A DNA stretch of 64,000 nt from the NCBI GenBank assembly GCA_964016885.1, contig OZ024763.1, positions 1,860,001-1,924,000 on the forward strand, written 5' to 3'. Below are positions 1 to 13,433 of this stretch, one piece after another. The notes beneath the pieces were generated by a model that was not told the origin of the DNA, ran no database searches, and saw nothing but the letters and a program-made list of their open reading frames with translations. Source of the DNA: Eledone cirrhosa. Taxonomy: Eukaryota. Made by a program: the position numbers and the translations under genes. The stretch's first letter is position 1. Every line of letters begins with the position of its first letter.

Positions 1-111
1 TTAAGAATCTCTCAAGACATCTTAATTCATCTAATCAAATCAAGTCGTTTATTTTTAATTCATTAAGAGTCCTCTATAACTAATTAGGAATAGGGCTATG
101 TCTGGAACTGT

Positions 112-891
112 CTCTCTCTTTCTATTTCCGCTCTCTCTCTCTCTCTCTCTCTCTCTCCACCTCTCTCTCACCCTTCTCTCTCTCTCCACCTCTCTCTCAC
201 CCTTCTCTCTCTCTCCACCTCTCTCTCACCCTTCTCTCTCTCTCCATCTCTCTCACCCTTCTCTCTCTCTCTCCATCTCTCTCTCTCTCCATCTCTCTCA
301 CCCTTCTCTCTATCTCACCCTTCTCTCTCTCTCTATCTCACCCTTCTCTCTCTCTCTCACCCTTCTCTCTCTCTCTCACCCTTCTCTCTCTCTCTCACCC
401 TTCTCTCTCTCTCCCTCTCTCACCCACCCTTCTCTCTCTCTCTCACCCTTCTCTCTCTCTCCCTCTCTCACCCACCCTTCTCTCTCTCTCCCTCTCTCAC
501 CCTCTCTCCCTCTCTCACCCTCTCTCCCTCTCTCACCCTCTCTCCCTCTCTCACCCTCTCTCCCTCTCTCACCCTCTCTCCCTCTCTCACCCTCTCTCCC
601 TCTCTCACCCTTCTCTCCCTCTCTCACCCTTCTCTCCCTCTCTCTCTCACCCTTCTCTCACCATCTCTCTCTCACCCTTCTCTCACCATCTCTCTCTCAC
701 CCTTCTCTCACCATCTCTCTCACCCTTCTCTCACCATCTCTCTCTCCCTCTTCTCTCTCTCACCCTTCTCTCTCTTTCTCACCCTTCTCTCTCTCTCTCA
801 CCCTTCTCTCTCTCTCTCACCCTTCTCTCTCTCACCCTTCTCTTTCTCTCTCACCCTCTCTTGCTTCTCTCTCTCTCTCACCATCCCTCTT
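112..891. repeat. (CT)n-rich pyrimidine tract with CACCC interruptions
   Basis: Almost pure pyrimidine on +; recurring ctctctcacccttct and 18-bp ctctctccctctctcacc units. Confidence 0.95.
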
Positions 892-1177
892 TCTGTGTAT
901 ATATATATATTTATATATATTTGCTGGACCAGCAATCGCTCTGTATAATCAGTTCCTGCTTATTACTGGAATTCTATAAGAATCCAATTTTTATAATTTT
1001 CGGCAGAAGCCGGGGGGGAGTGTGTGGTTTTGATAAACACAACCAGTGAGAAACAGACTGTCAACCACTCTCCCTTGTTTTTTGTCGAAAATAAGTGACA
1101 TAGTCACTACTTTAAAACTAATAGCGAATGGTCTTCTAAATGTTTTTAATTAAACGTACAGTAAATTGCCAAATATA

Positions 1178-1179
<2 letters not shown>

Positions 1180-1257
<78 letters not shown>

Positions 1258-1693
1258 ACACCCACCCACCCACCCATCCACCCACCCACACACATATATA
1301 CATACACATACACATATATATATATATAATATATAGTATATTACAAATACACACTCATATATATATATATATTTACAACCACACACACACATATATACAT
1401 ACACATATATATATATATAATATATAGTATATTACAAATACACACTCGTATATATATATATATATTTACAACCACACACACACACATATATACATACACA
1501 TATATATATATATATATATATAATATATAGTATATTACAAATACACACTCGTATATATATATATATATTTACAACCACACACACACATATATACATACAC
1601 ATATATATATATATATATAATATATAGTATATTACAAATACACACTCATATATATATATATATATTTACAACCACACACACACATATATACAT

Positions 1694-1731
<38 letters not shown>

Positions 1732-2633
1732 GTATATTACAAATACACACTCGTATATATATATATATATTTACAACCACACACACACACATATACATAC
1801 ACATATATATATATATAATATATAGTATATTACAAATACACACTCATATATATATATATATATTTACAACCACACACACACATATATACATACACATATA
1901 TATATATATATAATATATAGTATATTACAAATACACACTCGTATATATATATATATATATTTACAACCACACACACATATATACATACACATATATATAT
2001 ATATAATATATAGTATATTACAAATACACACTCATATATATATATATATATTTACAACCACACACACACATATATACATACATATATATATATATATAAT
2101 ATATAGTATATTACAAATACACACTCATATATATATATATATATTTACAACCACACACACACATATATACATACACATATATATATATATAATATATAGT
2201 ATATTACAAATACACACTCGTATATATATATATATATTTACAACCACACACACACATATACATACACATATATATATATATAATATATAGTATATTACAA
2301 ATACACACTCATGTATATATATATATTTACAACCACACACACACATATATACATACACATATATATATATATATATAATATATAGTATATTACAAATACA
2401 CACTCGTATATATATATATATATTTACAACCACACACACACATATATACATACACATATATATATATATATATAATATATAGTATATTACAAATACACAC
2501 TCGTATATATATATATATATTTACAACCACACACACACATATATACATACACATATATATATATATAATATATAGTATATTACAAATACACACTCATATA
2601 TATATATATATGTACAATCACACACACACATAT

Positions 2634-2673
<40 letters not shown>

Positions 2674-2839
2674 GTATATTACAAATACACACTCATATAT
2701 ATATATATATATTTACAACCACACACACACATATATACATACACATATATACATACACATATATATATATATAATATATAGTATATTACAAATACACACT
2801 CGTATATATATATATATTTACAACCACACACACACATAT

Positions 2840-2870
<31 letters not shown>

Positions 2871-3735
2871 ATATATAGTATATTACAAATACACACTCGT
2901 ATATATATATATATATTTACAACCACACACACACATATATACATACACATACACATATATATATATATATATTTACAACCACACACACACATATATACAT
3001 ACACATATATATATATATAATATATAGTATATTACAAATACACACTCATATATATATATATATATTTACAACCACACACACACATATATACATACACATA
3101 TATACATACACATATATATATATATAATATATAGTATATTACAAATACACACTCGTATATATATATATATATTTACAACCACACACACACATATATACAT
3201 ACACATATATATATATATATATATATAATATATAGTATATTACAAATACACACTCATATATATATATATATATATTTACAACCACACACACATATATATA
3301 CATACACATATATATATATATATAATATATAGTATATTACAAATACACACTCATATATATATATATATATTTACAACCACACACACACATATATACATAC
3401 ACATATATATATATATAATATATAGTATATTACAAATATACACTCATATATATATATATATATATTTACAACCACACACATATATACATACACATATATA
3501 TATATAATATATAGTATATTACAAATACACACCACATATGTATATTTACACACTCATATATATATATATATATTTACAACCACACACACACATATATACA
3601 TACACATATATATATATATAATATATAGTATATTACAAATACACACTCATATATATATATATATATATATTTACAACCACACACACATATATACATACAT
3701 ATATATATATATATAATATAATATAATATATAGTA
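1180..3735. repeat. Compound minisatellite (~90-bp unit) built on (TA)n/(CA)n
   Basis: Repeated 'atatagtatattacaaatacacactc(a/g)(ta)n tttacaaccacacacacatatatacatacac' with variable TA lengths. Confidence 0.95.
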
Positions 3736-3907
3736 TACTAACTACATAGAAAACTTGCTATAATAACAAACTTGTACACCTGTGTATTTCATTACTTATT
3801 TCTCACAGGTAAAGATAAAAACAAAATAGAATTAGTTTTTATTCCAGCTGTTAGGAGAACACATCGCATCATATTTCTAATTCTTTCACAGTCTTACATG
3901 TAAACTG

Positions 3908-5101
3908 TCAAATTTACTGACAATTAGGGTTATGATTTATACCAGTAATATATTGAGGTTTTAGCAGTTAGAAATATGAATGCTTTCTAAAAGAATTAGC
4001 TGAAAAGACACTCGTCTTTGTTCTTCAGTATTGGTAGAGCATCGAGCTTCGTGGCATAGAACAGAGTTAAGACCTTTTATATTCTGAGTTCAAATCCTGC
4101 CATGTTAACTTGGCCTTTCATCCTTATGGGGTCGATAACATAAAGTACCAGTAATACACTGGGGTTGATTTAATTGAATTTTCCTTTCCCCAAATTGTTG
4201 TCTTTTTTCTTCAATCAGAAACCAATATCTATATGCCCTGATAGTGTGGGAACACCAGCAACAAGGTACGGCAGTGTCTGAACAGGGGACAGAATGTAGG
4301 TCAAATGTATTGACAATTAGGGTTATGATTTATACCAGTAATATATTGAGGTTTTCGCAGTTAGAAATATGAATGCTTTCTAAAAGAATTAGCTGAAAAG
4401 ACTCTCATGCTGGTTTTTCAGTATTGGTAGAGCGTCGAGCACCTTGCTTCGTGGCATAGAACAGAGTTAAGGCCTTTTATATTCTGAGTTCAAATCCTGC
4501 CATGTTAACTTGGCCTTTCATCCTTATGGGGTCGATAACATAAAGTACCAGTAATACACTGGGGTTGATTTAATTGAATTTCCCTTTCCCCAAATTGTTG
4601 TCTTTTTTCTTCAATCAGAAACCAATGTCTATATGCCCTGATAGTGTGGGAACACCAGCAACAAGGTACGGCAGTGTCTGAACAGGGGACAGAATGTAGG
4701 TCAAATGTATTGACAATTAGGGTTATGATTTATACCAGTAATATATTGAGGTTTTCGCAGTTAGAAATATGAATGCTTTCTAAAAGAATTAGCTGAAAAG
4801 ACTCTCATGCTGGTTTTTCAGTATTGGTAGAGCGTCGAGCACCTTGCTTCGTGGCATAGAACAGAGTTAAGGCCTTTTATATTCTGAGTTCAAATCCTGC
4901 CATGTTAACTTGGCCTTTCATCCTTATGGGGTCGATAACATAAAGTACCAGTAATACACTGGGGTTGATTTAATTGAATTTCCCTTTCCCCAAATTGTTG
5001 TCTTTTTTCTTCAATCAGAAACCAATGTCTATATGCCCTGATAGTGTGGGGGGAACACCAGGTACAAGGTACGGCAATGTCCGAACAGGGGACAGAATGT
5101 A
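3908..5101 (+). repeat. Tandem triplication (~393-400 bp unit), each unit containing a Meta-like SINE
   Basis: 'caattagggttatgat' recurs at 3921, 4314 and 4714; each unit has ctgagttcaaatcc...gcctttcatccttatggggtcgataa...agtaccag. Confidence 0.9.
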
Positions 5102-5219
5102 CTAGAGAGAAAGTGATGTCTGAATGAGTGTCCCCCACTTCCAACTAACTGACCCTTCATCTCTGGGTCTCGGCTGACTGGATGGAGAGTATATTGCCAC
5201 AGAGGACGGTTATGTTTCG

Positions 5220-6522
5220 TCATCATCAACATCATCATCATCATCATCCTTCTCCCTCCTCTCTCAGCCTCATCCTTCTCCCCCCTCTCAGCCTCATCCT
5301 TCTCCCCCCTCTCTCAGCCTCATCCTTCTCCCTCCTCTCTCAGCCTCATCCTTCTCATCATCTTCATCTGCATCATCATCACCACCACCATCCCCATCAC
5401 CAACATCACCACCTCCACCATCCACCACCATTATCCTCACCATCATCACCATCCCCATTACCATCATCCCCATTACCACCATCCCATCACCACCATCACC
5501 ATCACCACCATCATCACCTCTACCATCACCATCATCACCAGCATCATCATCACCATCATCACCATCCCCATCACCACCACCACCACCATCATCATCATCA
5601 CCACCATCATAGCCACCATCACCACCATCATCACAACCATCCCCATCACCACCATCACTACCTCCACCATCACCACCTCCACCATCACCACCATCACCAT
5701 CACCACCACCTCCACCATCACCACCGTCCCCATCACCACCACCACCATCACAACCATCCCCACCACCACCACCACCACCACCATCACCACCTCTACCATC
5801 ACCATCACCACCATCACCACCACCATCATACATCTTACCTACCTACCTTCTATTTAACTATGTACCCTCTCTCCACCCATTTTACCTTCTACCCAACCTC
5901 CCCCTCACCACACCACACCCTACCACACAACACCAACTGGTAACATACACACACACACACACACTTATACTCTAACCCCCCCACCCTCACACCTCTCATC
6001 CACCCACACTGCCCTACTGTAACCCCCCCCCCCCCCCCCTCTGTACTATTAAAGTACAGGAAGTAAAGCCCCCCCACTCCCCCACCCCCCATTTTCTATA
6101 CCACTAACAAGGAAAATACCATTTTAAACAATGGCAATGATGTTGGTGATGATGTTGGTGATGGTGATGTTGGTGGTGGTGGTGGTGGTGGTGGTGGTGA
6201 TGGTGATGGTGGTGGTGGTGGTGATGGTGATGGTGGTGATGGTGGTGGTGATGGTGGTGATGGTGGTGATGTTGGTGGTGGTGGTGGTGGTGGTGGTGGT
6301 GATGGTGGTGGTGGTGATGGTGGTGGTGATGATGGTGGTGGTGGTGGTGGTGGTGATGGTGATGATGATGGTGATGGTGATGTTGTTGGTGATGGTGATG
6401 ATGGTGGTGATGATGGTGGTGATGGTGGTGGTGGTGGTGGTGGTGGTGGTGGTGGTGAGGGTGGTGGTGGTGGTGATGGTGGTGGTGGTGGTGGTGGTGG
6501 TGGTGGTGGTGATGGTGATGAT
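5220..6522. repeat. (CAC/CAT)n tract (5220-5830) and (GGT/GAT)n tract (6131-6522)
   Basis: Direct reading of trinucleotide low-complexity sequence. Confidence 0.9.
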
Positions 6523-6564
6523 TTCAATGCTCAAACAATGGCACTAATCTTTAGTACTTAACTG

Positions 6565-8935
6565 TTGTGGGAGTGTGTGGCCCAGTGGTAAGGGTGTTGG
6601 ACTTACAATCATAATGTCTTGGGTTTGATTCCTTGACTAGGTTGTGTGTTATGTTCTTGAGCAAGACACTTCATTTCACGTTGCTCCAGTGGTAAAGGTG
6701 TTGGACTAAGATCATTATGTCGTGGGTTTGACTCCTTGACTGGGCTGGGCTGTGTGTTATGTTCTTGAGCAAGACACTTCATTTCACGTTGCTCCAGTGG
6801 TAAGGGTGTTGGACTAAGATCATTATGTCGTGGGTTTGACTCCTTGACTGGGCTGGGCTGTGTGTTATGTTCTTGAGCAAGACACTTCATTTCCCGTTGC
6901 TCCAGTGGTAAAGGTGTTGGACTAAGATCATTATGTCGTGGGTTTGACTCCTTGACTAGGCTGGGCTGTGTCTTATGTTCTTGAGCAAGACACTTCATTT
7001 CACGTTGCTCCAGTGGTAAGGGTGTTGGACTAAGATCATTATGTCGTGGGTTTGACTCCTTGACTGGGCTGGGCTGTGTGTTATGTTCTTGAGCAAGACA
7101 CTTCATTTCACGTTGCTCCAGTGGTAAAGGTGTTGGACTAAGATCATTATGTCGTGGGTTTGACTCCTTGACTGGGCTGGGCTGTGTGTTATGTTCTTGA
7201 GCAAGACACTTCATTTCACGTTGCTCCAGTGGTAAGGGTGTTGGACTAAGATCATTATGTCGTGGGTTTGACTCCTTGACTGGGCTGGGCTGTGTGTTAT
7301 GTTCTTGAGCAAGACACTTCATTTCACGTTGCTCCAGTGGTAAAGGTGTTGGACTAAGATCATTATGTCGTGGGTTTGACTCCTTGACTAGGCTGGGCTG
7401 TGTCTTATGTTCTTGAGCAAGACACTTCATTTCACGTTGCTCCAGTGGTAAGGGTGTTGGACTAAGATCATTATGTCGTGGGTTTGACTTCTTGACTGGG
7501 CTGGGCTGTGTCTTATGTTCTTGAGCAAGACACTTCATTTCACGTTGCTCCAGTGGTAAGGGTGTTGGACTAAGATCATTATGTCGTGGGTTTGACTCCT
7601 TGACTGGGCTGGGCTGTGTCTTATGTTCTTGAGCAAGACACTTCATTTCACGTTGCTCCAGTGGTAAAGGTGTTGGACTAAGATCATTATGTCGTGGGTT
7701 TGACTCCTTGACTGGGCTGGGCTGTGTGTTATGTTCTTGAGCAAGACACTTCATTTCACGTTGCTCCAGTGGTAAAGGTGTTGGACTAAGATCATTATGT
7801 CATGGGTTTGACTCCTGGGCTGGGCTGTGTGTTATGTTCTTGAGCAAGACACTTCATTTCACGTTGCTCCAGTGGTAAAGGTGTTGGACTAAGATCATTA
7901 TGTCGTGGGTTTGACTCCTTGACTGGGCTGGGCTGTGTGTTATGTTCTTGAGCAAGACACTTCATTTCACGTTGCTCCAGTGGTAAAGGTGTTGGACTAA
8001 GATCATTATGTCGTGGGTTTGACTCCTTGACTGGGCTGGGCTGTGTGTTGTGTTCTTGAGCAAGACACTTCATTTCACGTTGCTCCAGTGGTAAGGGTGT
8101 TGGACTAAGATCATTATGTCGTGGGTTTGACTCCTTGACTGGGCTGTGTGTTATGTTCTTGAGCAAGACACTTCATTTCACGTTGCTCCAGTGGTAAGGG
8201 TGTTGGACTAAGATCATTATGTCGTGGGTTTGACTCCTTGACTGGGCTGGGCTGTGTGTTGTGTTCTTGAGCAAGACACTTCATTTCACGTTGCTCCAGT
8301 GGTAAAGGTGTTGGACTAAGATCATTATGTCGTGGGTTTGACTCCTTGACTGGGCTGGGCTGTGTGTTATGTTCTTGAGCAAGACACTTCATTTCACGTT
8401 GCTCCAGTGGTAAGGGTGTTGGACTAAGATCATTATGTCGTGGGTTAGATTCCTTGACTGGGCTGGGCTGTGTGTTATGTTCTTGAGCAAGACACTTCAT
8501 TTCACGTTGCTCCAGTGGTAAAGGTGTTGGACTAAGATCATTATGTCGTGGGTTAGATTCCTTGACTGGGCTGGGCTGTGTGTTATGTTCTTGAGCAAGA
8601 CACTTCATTTCACGTTGCTCCAGTGGTAAGGGTGTTGGACTAAGATCATTATGTCGTGGGTTAGATTCCTTGACTGGGCTGTGTTGTGTGAAAGCATATG
8701 GCCTAGTGGTAAGGGTGTTGTTGGACTTATGACCATGTCATGGGTTCAATTCCTAGGCCGAGCTGTGTTGTGTTCTTGTGCAAAACACTTCATTTCCCGT
8801 TGCTCCAGTATATGCAGCTGAAACTGAGTACCAGCAATAGCAGATGGAGGGGAGGGAGTTAACCCTGCAATGGACTAGCGACCTGTCCAGAGGGAAGGAA
8901 GTCTTGTACTCAGTCACTTCACACTATGCCAGTTA
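6565..8935 (+). repeat. 108-bp tandem array (~19 units) derived from the tRNA head and core of a CORE-like SINE, ending in a more complete SINE copy
   Basis: Unit ccagtggtaagggtgttggactaagatcattatgtcgtgggtttgactccttgactgggctgggctgtgtgttatgttcttgagcaagacacttcatttcacgttgct; A-box-like tggcccagtgg and B-box-like ggtttgactcc; monomeric relative at 58444-58710 (-). Confidence 0.9.
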
Positions 8936-8963
8936 ACGATCTACATTAGACTCTAACCACCAC

Positions 8964-8964
8964 C

Positions 8965-8995
<31 letters not shown>

Positions 8996-9514
8996 CGCCT
9001 TTTTCTTCACCTTCTTCTTCTTCTTCTTCTTCTTCTTCTTCTTCGCTTTCTTCCTCCTCTTCTTCTTCTTCTTCTTCGCCTTCTTCTTCTTCTTCTTCTT
9101 CTACTTCTTCTTCTTCTTCACCTTCTTCGCCTTCTTCTTCTTTTTCTTCTTCTTCTTTGCCGTCTTCTTTGCCATCTTCTTCTTCTTCTTTGCTTTCTTC
9201 TTCTTCTTCTTTGCTTTCTTCTTCTTCTTTGCTTCTTTTTCTTCTTCTTCTTCTTCTTTGCCGTCTTCTTTGCCATCTTCTTCTTCTTCTTCTTTGCCGT
9301 CTTCTTTGCCATCTTCTTCTTCTTCTTTGCTTTCTTCTTCTTCTTTGCTTTCTTCTTCTTCTTCTTCTTTGCTTCTTTTTCTTCTTCTTCTTCTTCTTTG
9401 CCGTCTTCTTTGCCATCTTCTTCTTCTTCTTCTTTGCTTTCTTCTTCCTCTTCTTTGCTTTCTTCTTTTTCTTCTTCTTCTTCTTCTTCTTCTTCTTCTT
9501 CTTCTTCTTCTTCT
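8964..9514. repeat. (CTT)n compound microsatellite
   Basis: Direct reading. Confidence 0.95.
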
Positions 9515-9939
9515 ACCACCACCTAGATTCGGTAATACTTTAATTCATACCAGTAATATCCCAAGGCTAGCTAATTAGTAGTTACATAATTAATTCACTT
9601 AACATCTTAATCCACCTCCTGTCAAACCAAACCACAAAAATTCTTCCCCCTTCTTCTTCTTCCTCTCCTTCCTCTCCTTTTCCTTCTTCTTCTTCTCCCC
9701 CTAAACCAAGGGACTACACCATTTGTGGTAAACCCTCATTCACAACACCGGATGTCTTAAGAATTTATCTAATTTCTCTTTCTCCACACGCTACCTCCCT
9801 CCTTCATTTCCGGAATCTACCAAATTCTTCACATTCAACAATGGTGTAATACTCCTTCACCACACAACTACAAAACCTGCTTTATTATTATAAAATACCA
9901 GCTATTGTTATTTTCGATGGCTTTTAACGTCTTTTGGGC

Positions 9940-10402
9940 TATTATTGTTTCTATTGTTGTTTTTATTGTTGTTTCTACTGTTGTTTTTATTGTTGTTTTT
10001 ATGGTTGTTTTTATGGTTGTTTTTATTGTTGTTTTTATTGTTGTTTTTATTGTTGTTTTTATTGTTTTAGTTGTTACCTCACATAATTGACTCTCGTTGC
10101 TTCTTGTTTGTTGTTGTTGTTGTTGTTGTTGTTGTTCCAGTTGTTGTTGTTGTGACTGTTGCTATTGTTGCTGTTGTTGTTATTGCTGTTGTTGTCGTTG
10201 TTCTTCTTCGCCTTCTTCTTCGCCTTTGCCTTCACCTTCTTCTTCACCTTCACCTTCGCCTTCTTCTTCACCTTCGCCTTCTTCTTCACCTTCACCTTCT
10301 TCTTCGCCTTCACCTTCTTCTTCACCTTCACCTTCTTCTTCGCCTTCACCTTCTTCTTCGCCTTCACCTTCTTCTTCTTCTTCTTCACCTTCTTCTTCTT
10401 CT
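9940..10402. repeat. 12-bp attgttgttttt repeat, (GTT)n and (CTT/CAC)n tracts
   Basis: Direct reading. Confidence 0.9.
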
Positions 10403-10444
10403 TTATTATTATAGATCCCTATAAGGATTAAAGACAAAATTAAC

Positions 10445-10582
10445 CTGGCGGCCCTTTACGATCTGAGTTCAAATCCCGCCGAGGTTAACTTTGCCTTTCA
10501 TCCTTACGGGGGTCGGTAAAATAAAGTACCAGTAATGCACTGGGGAAATTGCTGGCCTTGTGCCAAAAGTAGAAACAACTAT
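10445..10582 (+). mobile_element. Meta-like tRNA-derived SINE, 5'-truncated
   Basis: B box gagttcaaatccc, central gcctttcatccttacggggtcggtaaaataaagtaccag, tail gccttgtgcc..agtagaaac. Confidence 0.85.
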
Positions 10583-10595
10583 TCTATGGACTATA

Positions 10596-10660
10596 CATGC
10601 AACTTTGATGATTTGTAGTGCACCTGAGCACTGTACACAATAAATCTTCATTTTCAAAGT
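10596..10660 (+). mobile_element. CR1-like LINE extreme 3' UTR fragment
   Basis: ttgtagtgcacctgagcactgtacacaataa matches the reverse complement of the CR1 3' ends at ~54690 and ~55540. Confidence 0.6.
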
Positions 10661-10984
10661 GGTGTTCTGTATTGAGTTGTTTGTCGTAATTACAGATCTC
10701 CCGGGAAACATAACAGACAAACTTGGTCAAGCAAGCCTGCAGCAGACTCACGCACATCTCAGACTTGGTCAAAACAATGTGGTCAATAAGAGTTAATGGC
10801 TTGATACATATTATATGGTCTGTAATTTCTGAGTGTTCACTGCATCACTGCATCACCTGCATCAGAGCACCATCTGTATTGTTTGCTTCACTGCACAATA
10901 TGTAATTTACTGTCTGATCTCCGCTGCGGGTAGTTTCTATTTTGAGGTGGTTTTCTTCTGGATAAGCTCTATATGGGTGTGGTG

Positions 10985-11205
10985 TGTATCTGTGTATGTA
11001 TGTATGTGTGTGTGTGGATAGATGTCTGTATGCAGATGTATGCGTCTATTTGTCTATCCATGTGTCTGTCTGTCTCTCTATCTGTCTGTCTGTCTGTCTA
11101 TCGATTATGTGTGTGTGGATAGATGTCTGTATACATATGTATGCGTCTATTTGTCTATCCATGTGTCTGTCTGTCTCTCTATCTGTCTGTCTGTCTATCT
11201 ATCTA

Positions 11206-11236
<31 letters not shown>

Positions 11237-11414
11237 ATCTGTCTGTCTGTCTGTCTCTCTATCTGTCTGTCTATCTATCTATCTATCTGTCTGTCTGTCT
11301 CTCTATCTGTCTGTCTGTCTCTCTATCTGTCTGTCTATCTATCTATCTATCTATTATGTGTGTGTGGTTAGATGTCTGTATGCATATGTATGCGTCTATT
11401 TGTCTATCCATGTC

Positions 11415-11449
<35 letters not shown>

Positions 11450-11450
11450 A

Positions 11451-11482
<32 letters not shown>

Positions 11483-11581
11483 GCCGTCTGTCTATCTATA
11501 TGTCTGTCTATCTATCTATCGATTATGTGTGTGGATAGATGTCTGTATGCATATGTATGCGTCTATTTGTCTATCCATGTC

Positions 11582-11616
<35 letters not shown>

Positions 11617-11617
11617 A

Positions 11618-11649
<32 letters not shown>

Positions 11650-11748
11650 GCCGTCTGTCTATCTATATGTCTGTCTATCTATCTATCGATTATGTGTGTG
11701 GATAGATGTCTGTATGCATATGTATGCGTCTATTTGTCTATCCATGTC

Positions 11749-11783
<35 letters not shown>

Positions 11784-11880
11784 ATCTGTCTGTCTGTCTG
11801 TCTCTCTATCTGTTTGTCTATCTGTCTAGCCGTCTATCTATTTATCTCTCTGTCTATCTATCTATCTATCTATCTATTAT
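10985..11880. repeat. Compound (TCTG/TCTA)n minisatellite, partly with a 167-bp period
   Basis: 'gtggatagatgtctgtatgcatatgtatgcgtctatttgtctatccatg' recurs; ORF starts at 11372, 11539 and 11706 are 167 bp apart. Confidence 0.9.
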
Positions 11881-12152
11881 GTGTGTGAATGGGCCTTCTC
11901 TCTATATCAGCCTGTAGGTTGAGGAAAAGGAGGAGGAGAGGGAGTACAAGCTCTTCGTACTCCTGGAGATGAGGGTTGCACATTTTTTTTCGGGGGTATG
12001 TGTTACCCATATAAACTGTCTCCCTCTATTGGGGAAAATCGACTAACTTTTTAAATTCCATTTGTGATAATATTTTACACGTTTTTATTGTATGTAAACT
12101 TCCCCCTTTGTATTTGTCCCCTTCTTTTGTGCCCCTGTGGCTAATAAAGAAA
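11880..12152 (+). mobile_element. Tx1/L1-clade LINE 3' end (ORF2 stop + 3' UTR)
   Basis: Encodes VNGPSLYISL*, homologous to 17768-18072 (VNGPSLYIRL*); ends in aataaagaaa within (TCTA)n. Confidence 0.75.
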
Positions 12153-12354
12153 TATATCTATCTATTATGTGTGTGTGTGTGTGTTTATTAGACTGTCTGT
12201 TTGCTTGTCTATCCATGTATGTATGTATATGTATATATATATAATCAGAATTTAGCTTCAAAGTCCAGCAGTAGTCAGAGGAAAGCATTGTACTGATGAG
12301 TACTATCTAAGTTTGAAATGTATAGAGAATTATCCCCCTTGCCTCTGCTGCATT

Positions 12355-12370
12355 CCGCTAGACGGCGCTG
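12355..12370 (+). promoter_or_regulatory. Candidate CTCF-binding motif
   Basis: CCGCTAGACGGCGCTG resembles the CTCF consensus CCASYAGRKGGCRS (2 mismatches) in a small unique GC-richer island. Confidence 0.3.
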
Positions 12371-12545
12371 GTCGTCAGCCTACTTTTCATTGCTGAGGCT
12401 TTCAAAATGTTTATTTAATAAACACACCGGATACCTTTAGATGTACAAAATTCACATACATACATACATATATACATCATCATCATCATCTTCATTTAAC
12501 GTCCATTTTCCACGCTAGCATGGGTTAGACGGTATATATATATAT

Positions 12546-12684
12546 ATAATTACATAAACAACACAATATAAATATTTGGTAATGAAATATTTATATTGTG
12601 TTGTTTATTATGTAATTAAATAGCTCTGTACTATATATATAGAGCACTCTTCTTTCCTTTACCTTTTCTATAGAAATACATAAC
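12546..12684 (+). mobile_element. Fold-back insert in (TA)n with 3' tail (family J, putative Penelope-like remnant)
   Basis: Inverted repeat ataaacaacacaatataaatattt / aaatatttatattgtgttgtttat, followed by a gctc...gagc hairpin tail. Confidence 0.5.
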
Positions 12685-12704
12685 ACACACACACATATAT
12701 ATAT

Positions 12705-12921
12705 GTCAACATGAATGGACCTGTTATTTTTATCTAAAGACATTTTTTCCAATTCCAACCCGCCCGTCCCTTCAATCTATCTTATTTCTCATTCTTTCTT
12801 CTGATGAAGGACTAGTTTCTGAAACATTAACACCCTCTTCCTGCTATATCAAGTGTTAACCTAATATATACCTTCCATATACTGTACCGATTGTGTTGTT
12901 ATTTCTGTTTACCATTTACAT
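12705..12921 (+). mobile_element. Putative Penelope-like 3' UTR remnant with degenerate hammerhead
   Basis: CTGATGA agga-ctagt-ttct GAAA cat taa at 12801-12830; stems I and III are poor; flanked by (TA)n. Confidence 0.35.
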
Positions 12922-12930
12922 ATATATATA

Positions 12931-13104
12931 CGTTATTCCGGGTTGAATCGGAGGTAACAACAGTAAGTAAGGTACTCAATACATTGCAGAGTATAAAAGT
13001 TTTAATATAGATGAGATTCTACAGGACTAGAACTGTTTCATTCTTTAGAAATCATAAAGAATGAAACAGTTCTAGTCCTGTAGAATCTCATCTATATTAA
13101 AACT
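12931..13104 (-). mobile_element. Family A fold-back element (hammerhead truncated within CUGAUGA)
   Basis: Same tail and arms as 38961-39151; palindrome ~12998-13104 with apex at ~13047-13055. Confidence 0.85.
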
Positions 13105-13116
13105 ATATATATATAG

Positions 13117-13182
13117 TCAAGGGCGGTGCCCCAGCATGGCCTCAGCCGGATGGCTGAAACAGGTAAAAGAGTAAAAGAGTAA
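13117..13182 (+). mobile_element. Unclassified SINE 3' end with short (TAAAAGAG)n tail
   Basis: gggcggtgccccagcatggcc...ggctgaaacaggtaaaagagtaaaagagta. Confidence 0.5.
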
Positions 13183-13248
13183 TATATAATAATAATAAGG
13201 GTTGACGGACCCAGCATATTTATCAATGCCATTATTTAACTTATATAT

Positions 13249-13433
13249 GGGCGGTGGATTGGCAGTATCGGTAGAGGGTCGGACGCCATGCTTTCCAGCA
13301 TAGTTACATCCCTTTACGATCTGAGTTCAAATCCCGCCGAGGTTGACTTTGCCTTTCATCCTTACGGGGTCGATAAAATAAAGTACCAGTAATGCACTGG
13401 GTAATTGCTGGCCTTGTGCCTAAAGTAGAAACA
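13249..13433 (+). mobile_element. Full-length Meta-like SINE with 18-bp TSD
   Basis: A box tggcagtatcgg, B box gagttcaaatcc; TSD attatttaacttatatat at 13231-13248 and 13434-13451. Confidence 0.9.

Noticed and set aside
6609-8608. Repeat-protein ORFs (MKCLAQEHNTQP...)
   Set aside because: Antisense reading of the 108-bp SINE-derived array; the unit length is simply a multiple of 3
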